64,000 bases of DNA from Bacillales bacterium UBA5026. Lineage in GTDB: Bacteria; Bacillota_I; Bacilli_A; RF39; UBA660. Location: contig DICM01000019.1 in assembly GCA_002416285.1 (NCBI GenBank), positions 1,632-65,631 on the forward strand, in the 5' to 3' direction. The notes beneath the pieces were generated by a model. The model ran no database searches and was not told the origin of the DNA. It saw only the letters and a program-made list of their open reading frames with translations. A program made the position numbers and the translations under genes. Below, piece by piece: positions 57,531 to 64,000 of this stretch; positions within the stretch are counted from its first letter, which is position 1, and the number at the start of each line of letters is the position of its first letter.

Positions 57531-58340
57531 ATGTCAGTAAGTAAATCGGGTTTCTATAAATGGAAATATAGGAAATCTAACCCATCAACAAGAGAATTAT
57601 CCAGGCAAGAAAATGTCAGACTGATAAAAGAAGTCCATAATAGACATCCTTCACATGGTTACGGATGGATAAATGCTTTTATTAAAAATAAATACGGAAA
57701 GGTTTTTAGTGATAATTATGTTCATCGAATCTGTAAATATGAAGGTATTCGGTCCCAAGGCAAACATTATCGATGGAAAAATCCAGGAGAAGAACAATAT
57801 AAATCCAATAATTTAATTTGGAATGAGTGGAGTTGTTTAACTAGACCATTAGAGGTAATCGTTTCTGATATGACGGCATTTCGTGTAAAAGGAATTTACT
57901 ATGAATTAGCATTGTACTTTGATGCATGGAACAAAGAAATCATTGGTTATGGTCTTGATTCCAGAAAAGGAAGTACAAAAACATATTATGAAGGCTTGTA
58001 CCAAGTTTTAGACAAAATAAAAGACCAAACCACTGATCTAGTAATTCTACACACAGATCAAGGATCGGTCTACGCATCGAAGTCATACAATGACCTCGTA
58101 GAAAATTATAACATAGAAAGGTCTATGAGTCGAGCTGGAACTCTAACTGATAATCCCGTTAACGAATCCTTAAATGGTTGGATTAAAGAGGAGTTGTATA
58201 TTGATTTTGATTTAAAACATTGTAATAATGTATCAAGATTAATTGAAAAATATATTTACTATTTTAATAATGAACGGCCTTCCTATGCCTTAAACTATAA
58301 AACCCCAATTCAATTTAAACATGAATTAGGGTTTCTATGA
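57531..58340 (+). CDS. IS3-family transposase OrfB (DDE/rve core), apparently not reachable by the canonical -1 frameshift
   Basis: VSKSGFYKW, VSDMTAF (D), LHTDQGSVY (D), NPVNESLNGWIKEE (E). See the IS finding for the extra frame disruption at about 57463-57470. Confidence 0.8.
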   Translation: MSVSKSGFYKWKYRKSNPSTRELSRQENVRLIKEVHNRHPSHGYGWINAFIKNKYGKVFSDNYVHRICKYEGIRSQGKHYRWKNPGEEQYKSNNLIWNEWSCLTRPLEVIVSDMTAFRVKGIYYELALYFDAWNKEIIGYGLDSRKGSTKTYYEGLYQVLDKIKDQTTDLVILHTDQGSVYASKSYNDLVENYNIERSMSRAGTLTDNPVNESLNGWIKEELYIDFDLKHCNNVSRLIEKYIYYFNNERPSYALNYKTPIQFKHELGFL

Positions 58341-58483
58341 GTTTTTTATAAACTGTCTACTTTTGCTTGACTAGTTCAATTGACTCTTTTTTACTTTTCT
58401 TTTAAACCCTAAATTGGTCTATAAATGTTGTTTTTCATACTAGAAAATGGTATCATAAAGAAGTATAGGGTAAGGTGTCAAGT

Positions 58484-61400
58484 ATGAAGAAAAATGGATT
58501 TACATTAATTGAATTGTTAGCGGTAATTGTGATAGTAGGAGTGTTATCCTTAATCGCAACTCCAGTTATTTTAGGAGTGATTGAGAGTGCTCGAAGAGGA
58601 GCAGCTGTCAATAGTACTTACGGTTATGTGGAGGCAATTGAAAAGTCTAGTCTTCAAGATATGATTGATAAAAGTGAATATATCACGAAGAAAGATGGAA
58701 CCTATAGTGCAGAGACAATTAAACCTGTAAAATATAAGGGAAACGATCCAGTCGATGTATGTGTAACCATTCAAAATGGAGAAGTTTACTCTGGTTCATT
58801 TCAGTTTGGCAAATATGTTGTTGATTATGAAGATGGAAAAGCAGCGATTAATGATGAAAAAGAAAATGCAGGTTGTGGAGGAAATAGTGAGAATCCAGAA
58901 GAGAAACCAAAAGATAGTGATGATTTAAAAGAAGACACCAAAGTAAAAAATGGAGAGAATTATTATATCGGAGCAAACCCAAAGAACTGGGTCTTATTTG
59001 GTAGGGCCGATGAGAGTGATAGTAGTAGTCTACTAATGTGGCGAATTATCAAGATTGATAAAAACGGAATTAAGATGGTCTATGAAGGAATCCAAAATGG
59101 AGAGAATGTACCGTTAGAGGATGGAAGAGCATTGTTAAATGGAACGATGGGAGTTGCTTGGAATAGTAATGGTACAAACCTTTGGAATGAGAGTGATTTA
59201 AAAGAGAAACTAACTAGTTGGTTATCCAGAATTGCAGTAGTAGATATGAGTAAATATGTTGAAAGTACAACATGGAATATTGGAGGAATACCTGATCTTA
59301 ATCCAACGACATTAAGAACCTTTTTAGAGTATGGGAATATTGATAGTAATGGATTAGGAGGAACATATCAAGGAATCACGGATACGAAAAGTCCAATTGG
59401 AATGATAAGTCCATGGGATTATATGTATACGAGTAGTAATGAGGAATGTAGTAAGAGTTATGTATCAGCAGGAACAAGTAATGAGTGTTCACTTGATAGT
59501 GAAGGAAGATTAAATAACTTTTTATATAAAAACAAATATTCTTATTGGACGATGAATGCAGTAAATAGTGCAAGTGATCAAGCATGGAATATCACGAATT
59601 CAGGAATTATTGCCAGTAGACAAGTGAACTATAGTATTTATTCTGTAAGACCAGTATTAAATTTAAAACTTGATACGAAGTTTGTTACTGGCGATGGAAG
59701 TATTGAAAATCCATATATCGTAGAAGATTATCTAGCAAATCTATTCGTGAAACCAGAAATCAAATTAAATGGAGAGAAAACAGTTGTTCTTTACCAAGGA
59801 GAACAATATGTTGATGCCGGAGCAACGGCATACGACGAACAAGATGGAGATATTAGTAATAAAATTACGACCGAAAGCAATCTGGATGTGAACAAAGTAG
59901 GAAGTTACACAATTACATATAATGTAACCGATAGTGATGGGAATAAGGCAATACCGGTAACTAGAATCGTGAAAGTAGTAGAAAAAGATACCCCAAGAAT
60001 TACCTTGAATGGAGAAAATCCTAGTTATATAACAGTTGGAAATACCTATACTGAATTAGGAGCCAAAGCGATGGATCCAAACTATGGAGACATTAGTAGT
60101 TCGATTGTTATTAATGGAATTGTAGATACGAATACACTTGGAACTTATTATTTAACGTATCATGTAACGAATCAAGATGGACTAGAGGCAATACCAGTAG
60201 AACGAAGAGTGGTGGTGAAGGCATCTACTCCTAAAATTACCCTAAATGGAAGTAGCTTAGCTTTAGTAGAGGTTGGAGCTTCTTATATGGAAGAAGGAGC
60301 AATCGCTAGTGACTCAGTGGAAGGTGATTTAACAGATCGAATTAGAATCACTGGAAATGTAGATACCAGTATGGTTGGCATCTATCAAATCCGCTATTCT
60401 GTAACAAACTTTTATGGTGCGAATGCATATGTAGATAGAAGAATCAATGTCGTTGGGGTAGCAGGTCCCGAAATTACTTATACACCAAATGAAGAAGAAA
60501 GTGCGAAAGTAGGACAAAGTACTACAATTGAAGTAAAAAAGAAAAGTTATGATATTGATTCGAAGACACTAAAATATTTTACTTATAATAAGGTATCAGG
60601 AGCTTTGCCTAGCTATGAGACAATAGAAGAGTTTGAACGTCTTTTTCGGACAAGTTATAAAGATAGAGAAATATTAAAAATTGGAAAAGGAACAGGAGAA
60701 TACTATTTCTATGCAATGGCAAAAGATGTCTATAAAGATACAACTTATAAAGAATCAGGATTATTCCGTTTAGATAATTTTGCTCCTATCATTACATTAA
60801 ATACTGGGGCAAATAGAATTTTAATTAATAGCACATATATAGATCCAGGAGCGACAGCATATGATGCCTATTTTGATGGAGATTTAACGAATCAAATAAC
60901 AGTTCAAAATAAAGTCAACACGAGTAAAGAGGGGATTTATCAAGTAATTTATAAGGTAAGTGATAGTGTTGGAAATGAAACAAAAAAAGTCCGTAATATC
61001 GAAGTCTATCATTCTGTTCCAACCATTGGGCTAATTGGAGGAAGTAAAATAAAAGTACGCTATGGTAGCAGTTACATAGATCCAGGGTATACAGCAATGG
61101 ATGAGATTGATGGTGATTTAACAAGTCAGGTGAAAGTAACTGGAACTGTCGATACTTCGAGAGAAGGAAGTTATGAAGTTATATATCAAGTAAAAAACTC
61201 GTTAGGATATGAAACAACGAAGACTAGAATTGTTGAAGTATATATTCCAAGTCCAGTGATTACAATCAGAGGGGCAAATCCAGCGAAAGTGAGAGTAACG
61301 AGTACTTATAATGATGCTGGAGCAACTGCTCTTGATGAAATCGATGGGGATCTTACTAATAAGATTACTGTAATTAGTAATATTAATACTATGGTAGAAG

Positions 61401-64000
61401 GAACGTATGAGGTAGTTTATCATGTTACTAACAGTTTAGGAAAGACAACTACAGCAACAAGAATTGTTCAAACTTATGCAGAAATGCCAGTAATTACGTT
61501 AAAAGGAGACAATCCGACAATTCTATATAAAGGGGCTACATACACCGAAGCAGGAGCAATCGCGACGGATCCAGTAGAAGGAGATATTAGTTCTAATATT
61601 ACAATTAGTGGAATAGTAGATACAAAAAAAGCAGGAAATTATATAATCACTTATGAAGTGACCAATAGTTATGGAAAGAAAGTAAAAATAGAGCGCTCAG
61701 TAATTGTTCGAGCTTCAGCTATTCGAATTGCACTAAAAGGAGAAAGTATTGTAACATTACTTCGAGGAACACAGTATGTCGAAGCGGGATATAGTGCAGT
61801 GGATGAGATTGATGGGGATATTACAAGTAGTATAGTAATCGACTTAGGGGGACTCAATATTAATAAAGCAGGAACCTATACGATTACTTATACTGCTACG
61901 AATCCTAGCGGAGATAAAGCTACGGTGAAGCGTACCATAATTATCAGAGATCCAAAAGTAGAAATCACATTAAATGGAAATAGTGTGGTAGAAGTGCCAA
62001 TTGGATACCCCTATAGTGACCTAGGAGCAACGGCAATGGATGAGTTACTTGGAGATGTTAGTTCAACCATTACAGTAGAACACAATATCAATACCAATGT
62101 ACTAGGTATTTATCAAGTTACTTATAGAGTGGTTAGTAGTGGAGTAATTGCTACCAAAGAACGAACGGTTAAAGTAGTCGCTCTTTCTGGACCAACTGTA
62201 ACGTTTGAAACGAATGGAAACGGAAGTTATTTGAAAGAGAATCAAACAAAAGTAACCGTATCGAAAAATAACTATGATTTCGTAGTCGATTCCATTTTCT
62301 ACCAGTGGACGACCAGTTTGAGTCGACCAAGTGAATCAAGCTTTCAAACACACTTTGCTTCAGGAGATATAGTTAAAACCCCAGAGCAAGCAACTGGAAA
62401 GTATTACCTATGGATACTAGCCAAAGATACGTATGGAAATACAACAGTCGTACCAAGTAATGCATTCCATCTAGATAATACTGCACCAGTCTTAACCTTA
62501 AAAGGAAAGAACCTAATCGAAGTACCAGCGGATGGAACGTATCAAGATCCAGGAGTAACGGTAGTAGAAAATGATAGTGGATTAGATAGCAATGGAGTAG
62601 TCATTACATCAAATGTGATTTCTGGAGTAATTGGAACGTATCAAGTTGTTTATACAGCAACCGATAAAGTAGGAAATGTAGCAGAGCCTGTAAAACGTAC
62701 GGTGTCAATTATTGAAGCACGATTACAAGATGCCCCAGGAGAAGGATATGTCAAGAAATATGATACTTCGTACTTTGTTGGAGAGAATCCAAATAATTAT
62801 GTAGTCTTTGGAAATGCAGCAACAAATGACTATGATTATATTCCGATTTTATGGAGAATCATTAAGGCTGACGATAATGGGATTAAGATTATCTATGAAG
62901 GAGTAAAACAAGGAACCGGAACCAAAGAGAATGGAACGATTGGAAGTTCTAGTTATGATTCTACTAACAATAACTATAACCGACCAGCAGATATCATAAG
63001 TATTTTAAATAATTTCTATAATAATTTAAAAGAGGAAGATAAGGCAAGTTTAACAAAAGCGATCAATTGGTGTGTTGGAGCAACGAGTAGTCCATATAAT
63101 ATTGATGCCTTTCGAACAGATGAATGTAATACGTTATCGACAAACAAGAGTGTGATTGGATTGGTGAGTGGGTTAGATTACCTATTTACAACCGGATCTG
63201 CATGTGATGCTTATAATCAAGCTTCCTGTGGAAATCAAAACTTCTTAAAGAAGAGTTATAATTATTTCACAATGAGTAGTGATATTGAAAGTCAAGTATC
63301 ACAGTTTATTGCAAACAGTAATGGTGCATTAACAAGAACTGAAGTAACAAGCAAACAAGAAATTCGCCCAGTGATTAATCTTCGCCCAGATGTGTTAATC
63401 AAAGGTGGAGAAGGAACGTATGAAAAACCATACCAGTTAAATAATCGTGTACCAGTAGAAGACACGAAAGCACCAACGGTAAAGTTCTCACCAAATGAGG
63501 CAACGGGAAACTTAGACGGAGTAGAAGTATTAGTGAGTGATGACATCACTGGAGTGGACAACAATAGTTTAAAATATGTATGGACAACGAATACGACCCA
63601 ACCGAGTGTTGATAAGTTTGTGAACAATTTCTCAAATGGAGATAAAGTTCTAGTACCAACAGAACAGTCAGCAACCTACTATTTATGGATTCTAGCGAAA
63701 GATCGAAAAGGGAATCAGAGTATTACGAGAAGTGGACTTTATAAGATTGATAATGTACCACCAGTGATCACAATTAAAGGAGATAATCCCTATTCACAGA
63801 AACCAGGACTAACTTATGTCGATGCTGGAGCAACGGCAGTGGATGCGATTGATGGGGCAGTATCTGTTCAAACAACAACAAATGTAAATCCAAATATCGA
63901 AGGAACATATCAAGTAACGTATACAGCAGTGGATAAAACAGGGAATAAAGCAACGGCAGTAAGAACTGTTGTGATCGGATATTTAGAGATACGAACACCA
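58484..64000 (+). CDS. giant prepilin-signal surface protein (at least 1,839 aa, 3' end outside the window) with Ig-like (DUF5011-type) repeat array
   Basis: ATG 58484 lies 6 nt after AAGGTG. My hand translation of this frame found no stop up to base 64000. N-terminus MKKNGFTLIELLAVIVIVGVLSLIATP. Not in the ORF track (no stop in the window), and the track lists only short minus-strand ORFs across this region. Confidence 0.85.
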   Translation, partial: MKKNGFTLIELLAVIVIVGVLSLIATPVILGVIESARRGAAVNSTYGYVEAIEKSSLQDMIDKSEYITKKDGTYSAETIKPVKYKGNDPVDVCVTIQNGEVYSGSFQFGKYVVDYEDGKAAINDEKENAGCGGNSENPEEKPKDSDDLKEDTKVKNGENYYIGANPKNWVLFGRADESDSSSLLMWRIIKIDKNGIKMVYEGIQNGENVPLEDGRALLNGTMGVAWNSNGTNLWNESDLKEKLTSWLSRIAVVDMSKYVESTTWNIGGIPDLNPTTLRTFLEYGNIDSNGLGGTYQGITDTKSPIGMISPWDYMYTSSNEECSKSYVSAGTSNECSLDSEGRLNNFLYKNKYSYWTMNAVNSASDQAWNITNSGIIASRQVNYSIYSVRPVLNLKLDTKFVTGDGSIENPYIVEDYLANLFVKPEIKLNGEKTVVLYQGEQYVDAGATAYDEQDGDISNKITTESNLDVNKVGSYTITYNVTDSDGNKAIPVTRIVKVVEKDTPRITLNGENPSYITVGNTYTELGAKAMDPNYGDISSSIVINGIVDTNTLGTYYLTYHVTNQDGLEAIPVERRVVVKASTPKITLNGSSLALVEVGASYMEEGAIASDSVEGDLTDRIRITGNVDTSMVGIYQIRYSVTNFYGANAYVDRRINVVGVAGPEITYTPNEEESAKVGQSTTIEVKKKSYDIDSKTLKYFTYNKVSGALPSYETIEEFERLFRTSYKDREILKIGKGTGEYYFYAMAKDVYKDTTYKESGLFRLDNFAPIITLNTGANRILINSTYIDPGATAYDAYFDGDLTNQITVQNKVNTSKEGIYQVIYKVSDSVGNETKKVRNIEVYHSVPTIGLIGGSKIKVRYGSSYIDPGYTAMDEIDGDLTSQVKVTGTVDTSREGSYEVIYQVKNSLGYETTKTRIVEVYIPSPVITIRGANPAKVRVTSTYNDAGATALDEIDGDLTNKITVISNINTMVEGTYEVVYHVTNSLGKTTTATRIVQTYAEMPVITLKGDNPTILYKGATYTEAGAIATDPVEGDISSNITISGIVDTKKAGNYIITYEVTNSYGKKVKIERSVIVRASAIRIALKGESIVTLLRGTQYVEAGYSAVDEIDGDITSSIVIDLGGLNINKAGTYTITYTATNPSGDKATVKRTIIIRDPKVEITLNGNSVVEVPIGYPYSDLGATAMDELLGDVSSTITVEHNINTNVLGIYQVTYRVVSSGVIATKERTVKVVALSGPTVTFETNGNGSYLKENQTKVTVSKNNYDFVVDSIFYQWTTSLSRPSESSFQTHFASGDIVKTPEQATGKYYLWILAKDTYGNTTVVPSNAFHLDNTAPVLTLKGKNLIEVPADGTYQDPGVTVVENDSGLDSNGVVITSNVISGVIGTYQVVYTATDKVGNVAEPVKRTVSIIEARLQDAPGEGYVKKYDTSYFVGENPNNYVVFGNAATNDYDYIPILWRIIKADDNGIKIIYEGVKQGTGTKENGTIGSSSYDSTNNNYNRPADIISILNNFYNNLKEEDKASLTKAINWCVGATSSPYNIDAFRTDECNTLSTNKSVIGLVSGLDYLFTTGSACDAYNQASCGNQNFLKKSYNYFTMSSDIESQVSQFIANSNGALTRTEVTSKQEIRPVINLRPDVLIKGGEGTYEKPYQLNNRVPVEDTKAPTVKFSPNEATGNLDGVEVLVSDDITGVDNNSLKYVWTTNTTQPSVDKFVNNFSNGDKVLVPTEQSATYYLWILAKDRKGNQSITRSGLYKIDNVPPVITIKGDNPYSQKPGLTYVDAGATAVDAIDGAVSVQTTTNVNPNIEGTYQVTYTAVDKTGNKATAVRTVVIGYLEIRTP
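59750..62715 (+). repeat. array of ten ~78-aa (~234-nt) coding repeats of DUF5011/Ig-like type (an eleventh lies at about 63760-63985)
   Basis: Each unit fits P.I.L.G.n....G..Y.d.GA.A.D...GD(I/L)(S/T)..I.....(V/I)(D/N)T...G.Y...Y.V....G.......R.V.V. Units start near 59750, 59988, 60226, 60790, 61012, 61244, 61479, 61713, 61951 and 62485. The array is interrupted by ~105-aa modules at 60463-60790 and 62182-62490. Confidence 0.8.

Larger units (their letters stand above)
57021..58386 (+). mobile_element. IS3-family (IS150-like) insertion sequence
   Basis: Imperfect 33-nt terminal inverted repeats (GAGTCAATTGAAGTGATACATTAAAAGTAGACA versus the reverse complement of the right end, GAGTCAATTGAACTAGTCAAGCAAAAGTAGACA; 26/33 match). 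orfA/orfB organisation with an A AAA AAG slippery site at 57408-57414. The exact ends are ambiguous within the palindrome CAATTG. Confidence 0.8.

Noticed and set aside
59750-62715. Regular periodicity that could be mistaken for a CRISPR or satellite array.
   Set aside because: The period is about 234 nt. The copies are diverged at the DNA level but conserved at the protein level, and they are in frame. This is a coding Ig-like repeat array, with no short direct repeats and unique spacers.
58571-63998. Eleven short minus-strand ORFs listed in the track (58571..58774, 59376..59585, 60329..60517, 60915..61124, 61202..61423, 61669..61857, 62169..62351, 63292..63627, 63774..63998 and others).
   Set aside because: They all lie antisense to the continuous 1,839-codon plus-strand frame with clear domain structure. 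They are shadow ORFs, not genes.

Overview
AT-rich chromosomal segment (roughly 30% GC by eye) from a low-GC, endospore-forming Firmicute, shown by spo0A, two alpha/beta-type SASP genes and T-box leaders. I cannot place it more precisely from sequence alone. Most of the window is housekeeping. It holds gatCAB-aspS behind a T-box, the rimP-nusA-ylxR-infB-rbfA cluster, a T-box-controlled deoC-like/tyrS pair, rpsD, ezrA, a heterodimeric ABC exporter, scpAB, thiI and clpP. It also holds the glycolytic genes gap, pgk, tpiA and gpmI, plus tRNA-Ala(UGC) and tRNA-Leu(CAA).

The most unusual content lies between about 37 kb and the window end. Four genes encode proteins with type IV pilin-like (class III) N-terminal signals, and they carry large, mutually shuffled cargo domains. 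The cargos are an FGE/SUMF1-like domain, a tandem LamG pair, and a recurrent 'WRI...RPV...NPY' module with an Ig-like repeat array. These genes sit between the glycolytic genes, and no pilus assembly genes are visible in the window. One of the four starts at 58484 and is still open at base 64000 (at least 1,839 codons). It is missing from the supplied ORF track because it has no stop in the window. The gpmI gene is fused in frame to a transmembrane segment and two copies of the same 'WRI' module.

Other accessory content:
- An IS3-family element with an extra frameshift.
- A degraded KAP-type P-loop NTPase gene.
- A tRNA-Leu-adjacent patch of ORFans containing a paralogue pair.
- A secreted-protein/ABC cluster.
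- A DUF5131/ASCH gene pair.

No rRNA genes or CRISPR arrays were seen. All domain calls rest on motif recognition by eye and need HMM or structure confirmation.
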